A stretch of DNA of 62,638 nt, the filler included, from Rhabdomonas costata (Eukaryota): assembly GCA_019059605.1 (NCBI GenBank). It is 24 parts of 24 records of this genome, joined end to end, with 100 filler letters (N's around TTAATTAATTAA, not from the genome) between each part and the next. Parts side by side here need not be neighbours in the genome. Positions count along the whole stretch, not along the records: positions 1 to 2,513 come from JAHMHO010003069.1; positions 2,614 to 5,129 come from JAHMHO010003070.1; positions 5,230 to 7,741 come from JAHMHO010003071.1; positions 7,842 to 10,353 come from JAHMHO010003072.1; positions 10,454 to 12,968 come from JAHMHO010003073.1; positions 13,069 to 15,578 come from JAHMHO010003074.1; 18 more parts are not named here. One strand, 5' to 3'. The notes beneath the pieces are model-generated. The model saw nothing but the letters and a program-made list of their open reading frames with translations, made no database searches and was not told the DNA's origin. Positions 1 through 13,308 of this stretch are shown in pieces; position 1 is the stretch's first letter, and every line of letters starts with the position of its first letter. Made by a program: the position numbers and the translations under genes.

Positions 1-124
1 GTTGTGGGGGCTTTCCTAATGATTCCGGAATGATTCCGGCACGCACGTGTCCGCGTCCAGAGCGGCCCTGAGAAGAGACATTTGGGACGGACACGGGTCA
101 GGCCAATAATTTTTCTGCCTTCAG

Positions 125-1263
125 GTTGGCGCCACTGCATTGAGCGCGGTGACCTCCTTCGACTCCGTGGACCTAGTGAAGCAGCGTGAGTACATCGTGT
201 TTCTGATGTCTGCTGTGATGAGGTCGATTGGTATTCTAATCCAGAGAGGTACGTGCGTGCGAAAGCATCACTGCCTCTCCCACGTTCGGCGTGTGGTATT
301 TTTTGAAATGCGTTGTGGCCTGCGTAAACCCTAGTGCATGATTGTAGCGGCCGCGTCATGTCATTTGTACCAGCCTTTGTTTGCGTGGTAGTACTTTCTT
401 AAAGTATCCTCTGGGTCAGTTTACGCTTTTCTCCTCCTTCTCAGGAGAGACCCCGAAGTGCTCTGTGGGTCCCCTGGTGGAGGTGGTTCTGGATGTGCTC
501 ACACTGGCTCCGAGCAAGCCCGGGGTGCCCACCTTGCGCGCCGCGCTGGAGGGCTGCGGGGCGCTCTCGCTGGTCTGCAGCCTCACTGGCGGCGAGCTTG
601 TCGCGGAGCCGCAGGTGCCATGGGAAAGTTGGGGGGGGGATCCAGAATCCGGTTTTCTGTTTTGGGATGCGTTCCCATTTTTTGAAACTTGACAAGTCAT
701 GCCCACGGACTGTTTCCTGAGTGGGTCTTATAAACGTGCCGATGGAGATTGATAAAACAGTCCACCCACTCACTCACATCCGTACCTGCTTCCTTGCAGG
801 CTTCCACCGCGCTTGAGGCGTTGGTGAACACCTACCTCCAGACCTCCGAGGAGGCTGTGCGGTATGCCACTGACTGGGGAGAAGGCAATAAAGGATTGTA
901 GTGTGGGTTTGGATGCCCAACCACAGATGTGAATCATCAGGAGTGCTACGTGCAAGCACCCCTAAAAAAGCGGAATATTCCAGCCCAAGCAACACAATAC
1001 AGGGTGGCGCAGGTCTTTGCCTTTGCCCGGCACATTCGGTCCGACGCAATGACTTTCCTTGTGTGCCGCAGCATCTTCAGGAGCGCGCAGGCAAAATCTT
1101 CACCAGCGCTGCTTAGGGATTTGACCTGTGGTATAGGTCGTGAAGCTTCTGGATCACAGAGTCGGTGAGATTGTCCCTCTCCAGGTCGAACATCTTCAGC
1201 AGCAGAGTGGGAAAGCTCACCGGAGAGGAGGAGGCGTCTGGACGAAGGGCCTTCGGTCTTGAG
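125..1263 (+). CDS. Partial multi-exon gene, unknown Leu/Ala-rich (possibly helical-repeat) protein
   Basis: Phase-compatible GT-AG exons 125-185, 445-614, 800-861 and 1185-1263 splice into one open frame (VGATALSAVTSFDSVDLVKQRETPKCSVGPLVEVVLDVL...). Confidence 0.6.
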
Positions 1264-1326
1264 GTAAACTCGTGCTGAAAGAGGACAGTGGACTGACCCA
1301 CGGGTTCCAGCAGCCCAAGTTATAAC

Positions 1327-1361
1327 TCTATATATCTCTATATCTCTATATCTCTATATAT
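1327..1361. repeat. (TATATCTC)n microsatellite
   Basis: tctatatatctctatatctctatatctctatatat. Confidence 0.85.
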
Positions 1362-2513
1362 AACAGACTACGGAAGCTCACTGGCCTCAGCACTGGTTTT
1401 GCCCTCAATCACCTCATCTTAATTTGACCCTCAGACGCAAATACCGAAGAGCACTACGCTCGCAGAGGGTGTGAGATCGCTCTCAAAAGGCCGCAGAAGA
1501 CATGCCTTCTTCCATCGTGAGCACCAGCAATCATGCCAGCACAAACGTACTTAACAACTTGGAGCACTCCCAAGATACAAGCAAGAAAATGCTATGGACT
1601 CCATGCTGCACAGCTCCTACCACACCTCCGACGTGAGAGCAAGTGCTACAACCCGCTTCGCGACATCTCCACGGCTGCAGAAGGTTTGTGTCCACTGAGC
1701 GCGCGTAATGAAAACAAAAAGTAAAAATTCGTTCGAACAAAAACAACAGTATATGGAACTACTTGGTGAACACAAAGGAGGGAGAGGGCCACGGCAACTG
1801 AATAGCAGAACTGCAGAAGACATTACGAGAGCCCCCGTCCTGTTCCCCACAGTGCATGTTTTCGAACAGTTTGAAAGATCATAATATCTCTGCAGAGTTG
1901 AAATCATTCAAATCATTCAAAGCACCGATACCCCCAACCTCAAAATTTGTTTCCTTGCTACAACACCCAGCCTTCATGCCCCTCATTTCTAAAGAGAAGG
2001 AATTATGCATCTGTTCCTCACCAAGAGGCAATTACCCAAAGAAAGTTATAATTTAGGTTACACAGCGAACCTGGCTTTTGTGTTCGGGACGAGGGGAAGA
2101 TAAAACGCAATTGTGAGGAAGCAGCACCTGAAGGGCAGTAAGAACGGCCTTCAGCAGCTCATCGTCCGTGATAGGAAAACCCAGACCAGCCGAGAGACTG
2201 TCCCGAACAACTGCGCAGTGGGAAGGGCATCATAATCGCTTTTCATTAGCACGGGGGGGCCTGGGAGGGCTTGCGCTGAGAAAAGCGCGACGCAGCATTA
2301 ATTCTTCAAATGAATATGAAATGTGCGGCAACATGTATCGCAGAACCAAGACAACGCTTCAGGCCAGATACAGCAAGCGTTTGCAGGCTTTTCGCAACTT
2401 GCACAAACTGCAAACATCAGATAGATCCCCCAGGAAGCCTTGTCGCCTATCAAGAGAGCAGGGGAAAGCAGAGGCACAATATTAAACAAAAAAAAGAAGG
2501 AAAAGTCACCAAC

Positions 2514-2613
2514 NNNNNNNNNNNNNNNNNNNNNNNNNNNNNNNNNNNNNNNNNNNNTTAATTAATTAANNNNNNNNNNNNNNNNNNNNNNNNNNNNNNN
2601 NNNNNNNNNNNNN
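2514..2613. other. Artificial contig spacer (N44-TTAATTAATTAA-N44), first of 23
   Basis: Identical 100-nt linker with stops in all six frames. It recurs at 5130, 7742, 10354, 12969, 15579, 18192, 20802, 23412, 26023, 28630, 31291, 33903, 36511, 39170, 41779, 44387, 46994, 49603, 52209, 54813, 57420 and 60029. Confidence 0.99.
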
Positions 2614-2684
2614 GTGGGGATGACGCTGCACACCATCGAACACCCTCAAAGCCTGGGCCTCCAGTGCACAGTGCAAGGGCGCAC

Positions 2685-4802
2685 CACGAGGTTGTCGATG
2701 GTGTGCAGCGTCATCCCCAGGCACTGCCCGGCGTGCTCCACCTCCGTGACAGCCTTTCCAACCATCGCCTCCTTAGAAAAGAGCGTGCGTCCATGCCTGC
2801 CGAGTTCCGCACTAGAAGTGTGCAACATAATAGTTAAAAGTATAATACTTTGTGCGGAGTCAGCGGCCTCTTTTGTTGAAGAGCCAAAATGGTCGTCCAG
2901 TTTTATAATACAAACAGATATGCTGAAACAATCCAGAGAAAGGTCGATGACAAGGTCGGCAACGGCACACACCGTGCTAGAGCAGGCCAGAAGCTGCAGG
3001 GCCTGTCGCACCCCACAGAACGCGCCGTTGAGTGGATTTTTCAGCACGTGGAAAAGATACTGCGAGAAACGCTGCTGGGTGTCAACCTCAGCTTCGGCTC
3101 CTGTTTGGGAAAAAAAGGGCAAGGACGACTTGGCAGTAGCCTAGGGGCTTGAACTTCACCCACCAACCACTTACCGCCAACCGTGTATAGATGCTCCGCG
3201 TCAGGTCGAAACTGAGAACTCAACCCAAGCCCGAAATGTAGAAGGAAAAAGGTCCCTTTGAGCCGTTAGGCAGAGATAAAAGTGTTGTCCATGTACAATT
3301 CTTTCGCTGTTTAAATCCCGAACCGTAAATTTTAGTGTGCAATGAGCTTGAGGCGAATTTTCACACGTAAACCAGAAACATACTGCTCTTGAGCAGCGCC
3401 GTTCGCTGGGCATCGAGCTCAGGACGCTGATCTTGAAACAACGCGGCAAATATCCTGTGAGCGCCAACCACACCAGCAACATTGGTGGTAGTAGTACGCT
3501 CATGTGCGCAAATTCCAAATGATTGCCCTGCTTTGTCTCAACTTCTCGGGTAGAAGGGTAGGGAGGTTAGAAGCCAGCTCAGCGTGAGTGGGTCGAGGGT
3601 GGTGAGGGAAGTAGGTAAGATGAGGCCACATACGATTACCTGGCACTGAAACCAGCAAAGGCGACACACGATACCAAATGCGCGCCCCCTTCCCGGAAGC
3701 GAGAAGCAGAGAGTGCACACAGGGCAGAGCTCACCTCCTTCCGTCAGGGCGGATGCTTTCGCTGAGGGACAACGACAAGGGAAGGTCAGCCCCAGTCGCG
3801 GTGCGCCCTGTGACCTGCAGGCCACACCGCCCAATCAGCCTAGATTGGTGGGTCTTCAGATACCTCTGAAAGCCCACCTCGTGGGCGCGGGCGGCTTCCT
3901 GTACAAAAGCACTTCAGAAAACAATCCGTAGCAGGAAAAATTCCATTCATCATGCACCCGTCAACCCTCCACGGGCCATTGAAGGAGGATGGACTGAGAG
4001 AAATGTGAGAAAGAAATTTGAGGACGGGATATTTTGTGGTTCTTTTCAGGCGGAAAGGAACTGTGTCAATTGGCAACCTTGTGAACTTGGGTGGTTGCTC
4101 TATAACGCACAGGTATAGTATGAGTTGCTTTCCTGCAATTATAGTTGCTTCTTTTCATTATCCGAACACACCTGTCCACAGGGATGTTATCATCCGTTGA
4201 GTACTGCCCTTTCAGACGGGAACAATCAACTCGTGGTGCTAGCGGGATAATTTTCCGGCTCAACCAGCCCAACCTCCAACAATGACCAAAAAGTTAAACA
4301 TATAAGGTACGTTACACCGTTAACGTAAACACAGAACCCAGGCTTTTCAGTCATCACCAATGCAAAACCTTATGTGCATGGGCAAGCGCACCGTCTTTTG
4401 GAAGCGTTCCTAGCACGTGATGTGAGTTTCTGGAGGTAAATATTAGTATTGTGTATTAGTGTGCACCGGCGCAGCGTTCAGGAGGCCTGCTGGACAACAA
4501 AAACACCAAAGATCTGCTTCGGCTTAGCATTCCATAATTTCCAATTCACATTAGTGTGGATTTGCATTATTTCGCTCGCGGAGCAGGTTTGTCACTATGG
4601 CGCAAGCGACGAGAAGTGAGTGAGAAAGTGAAGCCAACCGGCGGCATCAGAGATTGCACCGACTTTCCCACCAGCTCGCTGTCAGCGGAGTACTCGAAGA
4701 TCCGCAGCGCAGCGGGGTTGGCGTACAGAATGTGCTGGGATTCGTCGGCAACAACAACCCCATTCGCAACCGCGTTGAGCAACTCAATCGTGACCGAGGG
4801 CT
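2685..4802 (-). CDS. PAS (FixL-like) + HisKA sensor histidine kinase, partial, 5 exons
   Basis: Exons 4802-4639, 3898-3735, 3454-3384, 3100-2973 and 2771-2685 are all GT-AG with matching phases. They give LLNAVANGVVVADESQHILYANPAALRIFEY..LVGKSVQSLMPPEAARAHEVGFQRYLKTHQSRLIG..VTGRTATGADLPLSLSLSE..IFAALFQD, then RFSQYLFHVLKNPLNG. Confidence 0.85.
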
Positions 4803-5612
4803 CTGCAGCACGTGGTGAGAGAAGAAGCCCGAAGCCCAAGTGTTTGTCACGTACTTCTAATTCATTCCGTGATGGGTGACGGGCGGACCAAGAGGCTCCG
4901 TAAAAAAGCAATTTCACCATAACAAAACAAAGACTGTGTCTACCTATTGCCTATGACACGTCCTCGGCACGCGAGTGGAAATGGCGGCAGACGCCACCCG
5001 TCTCAGAGTACGTCCCCAAAAAAACTACCACCCAAGACCGAAAACCGCAACACAAAATAAAATCACGCTAGCTGAAGCCAGGGCTAGCCTTATGTATGCT
5101 ACATAAAAACAATTAGCAGCAAAGAAACCNNNNNNNNNNNNNNNNNNNNNNNNNNNNNNNNNNNNNNNNNNNNTTAATTAATTAANNNNNNNNNNNNNNN
5201 NNNNNNNNNNNNNNNNNNNNNNNNNNNNNGGGGGGGGTGGGTCAGGACCACGCACTCGGGCCCAAATTCTTAGCCAGTTCTCTGATTCTCGCTTTGTTCG
5301 CTGAGGTTCTGCCAAATACTGAGCCTGAGCTTTCAGCCGGGGCTGCTCAAGCTTGCCCAAGGATAGGGCCCGGAGTCCTTTTTGCTGGCCTTGGAGTGGG
5401 TTGGAATGCTTCGGCTTGTCCCTACCACGTTGGGCCCTTTTCGATTTTTTTACACTGCATGGAAGAGAAATTGATATTCATGCATACGAATGCCTTCGTT
5501 GGCTCTTTTCGCTCATCCATCACTTTTTCTTTATCATCAGACTGATGCAGTGATGTATGTGTGTAAAAAATTGCATCGTTGAGTCGAGCTCCGCTCCCAC
5601 CTCCCTTTGCAG

Positions 5613-6887
5613 CTGCGGTGCCCACGCTGAGTGTCAACCCTACGGGGCAGTGGCTGGCCACCGGCTGTGAGGACTGCGTGGTGCGGGTTTTTGAGGTATG
5701 CGGCTCCCCGAACCCATATCCCCACACTCTTCCCATACCCACACACATCGCGCTGCGCGAGGAGCACAGCTGGCTTGCGGGTGCGGCAAACGCCTACGCT
5801 GGAGAGAAAACCTCTCCGTGAACCGAATGGTACTTTTCACCTCTTAGCGCAGAGCCCTTTCACAATGTCCTTCTATTCACACTCCCACACACACAGCGTG
5901 GTTTGAAGGGCGGTGGATGAAAAAGATTGGCAGCTGGGGAAAACGGGGTTATGTGTTTTGCCGAAGTTGTGAGTTAGATAAGAACTCCAAGCATGGTGTT
6001 GGCGCCCGAACACTTAACCCTGAGAGCTGCCGATGTGAGGTCCCCAGTGGTGATCAACGTCATCGTCGTATGTCATGACCAGCTAACCATCCCATAACCT
6101 AAAGATCCTTGAGATACCAAGATGACCGGTGGATGATGGTAGTGGTTGATTGCCCAGCTGTTGCCTCCAACCCCAAGTGGGGGAGTGACCAAAGTGGAGT
6201 CCGCGGAGGGCGACATTGTGGTTGTCACTACCCCCTTGCCGGGCTCGGTCGACCCATATCGAAGATATACCAACTGGGGTATATCTTCTCAGAGTGGATG
6301 CCCCCAGGAGGCCGACATCATAGTTAAGGCTCCGTCCTTCTTAATGAGGAATACCATTGTTGTGTCCCCTGGAATTCGAATAGAAGTTTTTGAAGGGTTT
6401 CAGAAGCGATTTATGATTATGCTCAGCGGCATTTCCTTCTGTCATCATTGATCGCGTCAACCATCCTTCCCTGTACTGGGGCGGTGGGGCGTTAGTCCTC
6501 CGCTTTTGGTCTTTGTTTCTCTTCGCGTGTGCACTTGTGTGAAATGAAAGAGTAACCACCACAGAAAAAGAAAGGGACCCGACTTTTGGGGGATCTTCGC
6601 CCCAGGTGACCACGGGCAAGCTGGTGTTTGCGTACAAGCTCCCGGAGGCTGTGACGTGGGTGCAGTTTTGCCCGAACCCCGCGCTGAACATCCTGGCCGC
6701 CACCGCGGGGCCCACTCTGTTTCTGCTGCCGAAGCCCTGCGGGGTGGCCGCGGTGAACGAGGCCACGGCGAAGTTCCTGAGGGTCGCGCCCGTGGTGCGG
6801 GGCGCAGAGAAGGAGGCGGAGGCGGTGCGGCCCGAGGAGGTCATCAACACCCTGGCCGGGCCTGCGGAGGAAAACCCCCACGACGAG
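5613..6887 (+). CDS. BOP1: Ribosome biogenesis WD40 protein BOP1/Erb1, partial
   Basis: Exons 5613-5695 and 6606-6887 give TLSVNPTGQWLATGCEDCVVRVFEVTTGKLVFAYKLPEAVTWVQFCPNPALNILAA. This matches the first WD repeats of BOP1/Erb1. Confidence 0.8.
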
Positions 6888-7991
6888 GTGTGCCTGTGTG
6901 CCTTTGTTCACCCCTTACATTGGAGTGAAGAGTTTGTTGAAAGGAAAGTTCGGTCAGTCCGCGGCTGGAGCGGGTGCCTGAGGTGGGTTCTCTTCCTGGA
7001 GGGAGTATGCGTTTTTGTGAACATGGATTTCAGGAGCAAAACCAACACATATATAGGGGGGAGGTTCTGGGGTTTTTTTTGTACCTCACCGTTTAACAAC
7101 CCAGTGAAAGGGAACGGGCCCCTCATTTGCAGCGAGGAATACATGCGACTCTGCAGCGACGCAGCGCCAGCCACCTCTCTCAGCTGGTTGCAGCACGCCA
7201 GCTGTTAGTTTCGGCAGATTGCATGGGTCCGCGGGACACACTCAGGCAGAGAACCACAACTGCATTGCCCCACACGATCCCAAGGGATGGCTGCTGGGCT
7301 GAGGATCGCCTCCGTGAAAGGAGTTTTCTTCCAGACCGCAGCTGCCTCCAAAGTAACCGCAAACTGCGGTGCTCGCCGAACAAAGGACAGACCCATCAGT
7401 GCAGCCTTCACCTCCCCCCGCAGCTGCTTCAGTACCTTCGCAGGCACGGGGCAGGGAAAAACCAGCCGAGGGGGGGTGAAGCTGCGGAGCATGCCGTGCA
7501 ATCTTAGCCGCAAGCTCACGGTCCCGGGTCCGCAGCACTTGCAGCACCGGCCACACATGGAGCGGAAGGCGGGGCCGGTTCTTCCTCAGCAGCCTGGCGG
7601 CCACCTGCCACACACAGCAGCCCCGAGTCATTTGCTCAGCAGGAAATTCTGGTGCAGTTTGTACCGTAACCATTGCCGTCATTGAGATCATAATCGCTCT
7701 CTGCAGTGGCTTGCGTGCGCGACCATCCCGTGTGCCAACCANNNNNNNNNNNNNNNNNNNNNNNNNNNNNNNNNNNNNNNNNNNNTTAATTAATTAANNN
7801 NNNNNNNNNNNNNNNNNNNNNNNNNNNNNNNNNNNNNNNNNGGTTTTGGTATGAGTTTTCTGAACCCCTGCAAGAACGCGATCCTCAGATGTACAAACCA
7901 TCAGTAAAATGAAAGCACTGTGTGTAGTGTTTCCAACCCGCCCACCCGTTGACAGGAAGCAAAACAGAGAGCATAACTATAAGGCGCATAC

Positions 7992-10161
7992 TTCCGCGAG
8001 ACCGTCCGTGGCGATGGGCTCACGAACAGAGGAGGACATCGCGGAGGACCTCTCCTGAACGTTCAAATGCACAGGCAGAATCAGAAATGAATCGTGAAGA
8101 CATTGCCAGCACGACCAGATACACAGGTAAGCCCAGTGCCCATTCAGAAAACCACTTCGTGTTCAACTTCATTTCTTGAACTTGGAAACGTATACTGCTG
8201 AGTTTCCAGGGAAAGGCAGATGCTGTGGCACAACAAAGAAGTTGCCCACCGCCTCCCAAACGCTGTACATTCAATGCCTACGTAGCCTCATTCAAAGGAA
8301 AACCATCATACGCTGACGAAAAAAAGCCACAGCACACAGCATAAGAGCATCGTAGTGCACCCCCGCTCAGATGAAGCATACAAAATTCTCGGCGACCAAT
8401 AACCGCTCATTTCCAATTCCGATTGCGTAACAAATTTCGAGTTGTCGGAGACGTGCCGCATATGCTACAGACACATAAGCTGAAAATCAGCCCAGCCCGA
8501 ACAAACCGAGGAATTCAATGAAGGAAGCATCGAAGGCATCGGAAGAGAAGGCTTCAGAAGCTGCAGCTGCGTGGAACGTAGCCTGGAGCGAAAAAAAGCA
8601 TCCACCAAAGAGATACATTTTTCCATTATATAAGATGTAGTCATAAGATGTAGTGTCATAGGACTTGTATCATAGGACTTCTTTCTTCACAAAACCGTGT
8701 GGCGCATTCCGGCGGCGAACCGCCGGAAGCGTCTTGAGATGTGATTGAAATGGGTTTTTTGGGTGCTGGAGGTGGACTTGCATGGTTCTTCGGGTTTTTG
8801 GCTGTGGATTTCATCCCGAACCCGAGGCTGTGAGCTAATCCAAACCGAATGCGCTCCACTCTCATTCAAATCCACTGTCTAGGGCTCCTTAAGAAGCATT
8901 TAACAACTTGAGCATTCGGTGAAAAATTTCACTGCTGAACCATCCACTATTCTCAGTTCCATGCATGATACCCTATAGACAAGCCCTGCAGTCTCCTCGA
9001 CAGATGAGAAGCTTCCGGCAAAAATAAACATAAGAACATGGGGTATCGGCAGCCAGCCTGTCGTCGGGGGCGAAAGTGGATGGAAAGAAAATGGTCGCGG
9101 AGGTGGATGGAGAAGGAAACATTTTCACAATGCCGTCGAGCTTCTGCCGGCCCTCAATGTAGAGCAAGCTGGACTGCACGCTCCACGGCGGTGAGAGCCC
9201 CCCGGTGGCCTCGGCGGCTGTGGGAGCGGCAGCGGGCCACTCCGCGCTGCCCACTCCGCGCTCCGCGGACACAACCATTGCCCCACCTTGGTTTGGTTTT
9301 GGTGGAGGGCGGGGCAAGAGAACGAAGGAGGATGACGGTCGCGATGCCGCGTGGCACAATTTGCAGAACAAAACAGCGACAGTATACGATTGAAACAACG
9401 TCCGAGGGGCAGGCAATGAACAAACATATAGAAGCAGAGCCAAAAAGAGACCTGCTCTCATCGACTGCTCCCACCTTTGCATACTTTGACCATAAAGGCA
9501 TCACTTTCCAAAATAAAACAAAAATAAATGCTACTTTTCGCAATTTCCCAATTTGACTTCACACCTTACTTCGGCCAAAATACTCTGCGCCTTGTCAATC
9601 TTCAACTGCATGTATATCGCCTATCGTCATCGTCATCCTATATCGCATCATTCAAAGCAAAAAGCCGAAAAACTCTCAGTGTGTCCTGCATCTTGACTTT
9701 TTGTGCAGATGGTGCGGGGTGCAACAGGCGGCTGGAAGAAAGGAAACCTGTCTCCCAGCACACACACAACACATACACATTTATAAATGTTAATGTGTCA
9801 CCTTTTCGCCCCTCCATTGCATTTACCAAAGTAGTTTATTATTCGGTAAATTGATGAAGACAGCCGAAAAAAGCCATGAAGCTGCTTTTTTAGAGGTGCA
9901 CGAGAGAAGAAGTGTTTGTGGAGGGGGGGACAAAAGGGAGGAGCAGCGTCCACCTGGGTCCTGCATTGCAGGAGGTGCGGCCAGCAGTAGGGCGGCGGGC
10001 TGCTGCGAAGAGGGCGGGGCTGCTCGGGGGTCGCCAGTCAGGCGGTAGGCCGAGTCCAGCAGCTCGCTCAGCGCGTGCACCGTGCCGTGGAACTCACTCA
10101 TCAGCTTACGCATCACATCCTCAGCCTGGGATGGTCCCCCCAGCCCATCCAGCTCATGCGG
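7992..10161 (-). CDS. Partial multi-exon gene, unknown low-complexity (Ser/Pro/Ala-rich) protein
   Basis: Exons ~10161-9954, 9286-9134, 8732-8696, 8582-8507 and 8054-7992. The frame is continuous if the intron after 9134 uses a GC donor. Confidence 0.5.
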
Positions 10162-13100
10162 CTCATGGCAATAAAGAGGCCACGGGCAAAACCGATCAAA
10201 TAAAGATCCACTTGCGAGGTGCACTTGCGCAACTGCGTGACGTGCGACCCGGGCCACAACTCCTAGGCTAACCCTGATTTCAACCGGGAGATGATGCACG
10301 AGTGTTGATCTGGGAATCAAGAATATGAGCTCCAGTATGGAATCCAAGAAAAANNNNNNNNNNNNNNNNNNNNNNNNNNNNNNNNNNNNNNNNNNNNTTA
10401 ATTAATTAANNNNNNNNNNNNNNNNNNNNNNNNNNNNNNNNNNNNNNNNNNNNTCCGCACGTCTGAAACCACTCGTCCGCCTGCATTCCACTATCTGAGC
10501 TTTGTGAGAACAAGAAAGCCCCTCTAAGCAAGGAACATGCTCAAACAAGGAAGCTATCTGTCACACGTAATTGGTCAGTAAAGCCAAAACCAACGACCGC
10601 TTACTGTAACGTTAGCTTAAAAACAGCTCATCCCACAACAAGTTAGCTAACAAAAAAGGCGGACAATGAGTAATAGGCTCACCACATGTTTCTGAAAAAT
10701 ACTGGAAACTAACCAACAAAAAACAAATGTGAGCCTTCCTGGCTAACGTGTCGCGCGGGGCTCTTCTCAAAACCTGTCTTTGTAAAAAGAAAGCTGTGGC
10801 AACAACGAGTGGAACTACGGCAATTCCACCGCCATTATTCCAACCACTTGTTCTTGTTGGGTTTCAATTCAACAGAAGTATTCACACCTCCAGCGGCTTG
10901 GAAAACAAAGCCTCTACGGCAACCTCCTTTCCCTCCTTGGAACTGCTCCTTGGATGTGTGAGAACCGTGGTTTCCTCCTCTTCCGCTGCTTGGAGAACGA
11001 AGCCTTGCCTTGCAAAGAGTGGCAACCATACGCACACCCGCAAAACGTGTCGGGAGTAGGTAGCAAAGGTTTGCCTGTACCAAGATCTGACGATTAGTGG
11101 ATATGGGCTGGTGAACTACACACCGCCTTAGAAGATTAGTTGAAGAAAGGATACCCAAATATTTAAGTTATTTTCCATATTTAAACTCTTACACACACCT
11201 AATTGGAAATCCGAAACACAAAATTTCTAAATTTCTTTTGATCCCTTGATTCCCTCTGGATCCGAAAAAGACGTAAAAATGAAACAACAGAAAATTCTGC
11301 ACCTCACAGGCTCACAGCAATGTGGTTCCGGAACAAGAAAGGCGCAACACAAAACATTGTTCCATTGTCCATTTGGTTTTTTATGGGTCTTCTTCTAGGC
11401 GCAAAAACTGTCTAAGAAGACCCTTACAACGGGAGCAACGGGCATTGCAATGTGTCCAGCCATGGTCCGACTCATTGGTGGCAATGGGCACACCGATAGC
11501 GGATTCTAACCACAATTTTTCACACAAAAACACGAAAGCAGTTCTGTTGTTTTGCCACCGGAACACAATTTTACGTAATTAAAAAGAACTAGCATTGTCA
11601 CTTTACACCTCACTGCAATGTTGTTGAAGACATCACCAGCTTTTTTACATAAAGTCGTACCAATGCATGGTTTTTGAGACGGGCTTTGTGTTTCTACGAG
11701 ATCCATCACCCCACGTGCGCTACAGCGCTTTTTGTCGAACTATTTGATAAAAACACCACAGACTCGGACAATTCAGCTTGTGTGGTCATGTCGCGATCAG
11801 TCCTTGTAAGTCCAGACGCCTATTTTTCTGATACACTGAACAACAACAAGCGTCTAAAAGAAGATGTGATGAAACCTCCGAGATCCAAGTTACAAACCCA
11901 ACCTAGTAAGGTCGTCATAATATCAAAAACACAGTCTTTTCTGCGTCCAACACACTTCCTAAAACACACACATTCACCAACATTTTCCACTACAAAATGC
12001 CTTTTACCCGAATGGAAATTATGTCCATTCTTCTTTGACTATTGACGTTGTATTTTTACTGCACAATACCCCTTGCCTTTTCCTTTTTTTATTCGTGATT
12101 CTGTCTCCTTGGTACAGATTTCACACGCAAATTTTTGTAGACTACACACAACGACTTGCTTTGAGATTACCTATTGAATTAGACTCTTATTTGAAATTAC
12201 ATTTTTGCAGATCAAAACTCCACCTAGTTTTCATCTTTTTAAATCATTTTCCAATTGCATTTTTCAGGACCACTTTTGTCACCAAAAAGCCAACCAACAG
12301 ATACAACAGATACGCCCCCATTTTTAAATTCAAGCAACGTTCCACACTGGCGTAAATACCAACATTGAACCAACAAGAGCGATTGGTGCTCCAGCTGGGT
12401 AATTGTTGTCCAAAAAGACAAATTTTTAAATAGAGCTTTGACAAGTATTTTTAAATCTCAGTTTTCTGATTGTCCCCATCTCATTCTTACCTTGTTACCA
12501 CACACGACACACGTGAAGAGAACCCGCAAAAGGCTCCCACCGGAGGCAATGAGCAGAAGTGGCCGGAACCAAACTCCCCGACCGATTTCCCCGCTTCACT
12601 TCTCGCGCTCCACCTCACATCGAATGGGACTTGACCGCCTTCGCATCGACCCAAAACACTAGGAAGGGTACAAATCGCCTTCCCTAACAACCTCGCTTGC
12701 CCGCGCCCCTGGCGCTGCCTCACCGCATTGCACCGCAAAACTCGAAAGGGTTTCTTGGGGTGAAATGGGCCGCCGGGGGGGGGGGCGGTAGCAATTCCAA
12801 AGCGCCTCCACCACCAAATGTCCTCTTACCTCCGTCCTCGTTGGCTTAAAAAAGGAAGCGGCGGCACAACCAGCAAATCCCAACCCCGATAAGCCAACAA
12901 CAAATCGCAGGATGTGCAAACCACACCAACCCAGCTGTGATACAACCAAAACCACACACACCCACCACNNNNNNNNNNNNNNNNNNNNNNNNNNNNNNNN
13001 NNNNNNNNNNNNTTAATTAATTAANNNNNNNNNNNNNNNNNNNNNNNNNNNNNNNNNNNNNNNNNNNNGTGTGTGTGTGTGTGTCTGTGATCCATTGGAT

Positions 13101-13308
13101 GTGGTTGTGCGGACGAGAAGCTAGAGATAGGGTCGGTGGCATCGTATAAATGGCCATGGGCACATTTGAATGAACTCCGTACGTTGTTGTACCGTAGAAC
13201 GGTACAACATCGTTATACGGCATGACGGCGTTACACCAAAAAACGCTGCCCCTCCCCACCAAAAACAGACCGGACTCCTCTCTTTTTGGTGTTAGATGGG
13301 GTAGGTAC

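Noticed and set aside
2558-2569. Regularly spaced TTAATTAATTAA as a biological repeat or CRISPR-like array
   Set aside because: It is always embedded in N44 on both sides and is a synthetic six-frame-stop linker.
2615-2719. Perfect 25-bp inverted repeat (2615-2639 / 2695-2719)
   Set aside because: One arm is coding exon and the other is the extreme contig end, which is typical of an amplification fold-back rather than a transposon end or RNA structure.
6000-6450. Non-LTR reverse transcriptase relic in the BOP1 intron (RQGG, TYDDDV on the minus strand)
   Set aside because: The motifs are too short and broken to support without a profile search.
7100-7741. Overlapping 110-150 aa ORFs (and most other short ORFs in the track)
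   Set aside because: These are GC-rich shadow frames or intron read-through with no recognisable motifs.
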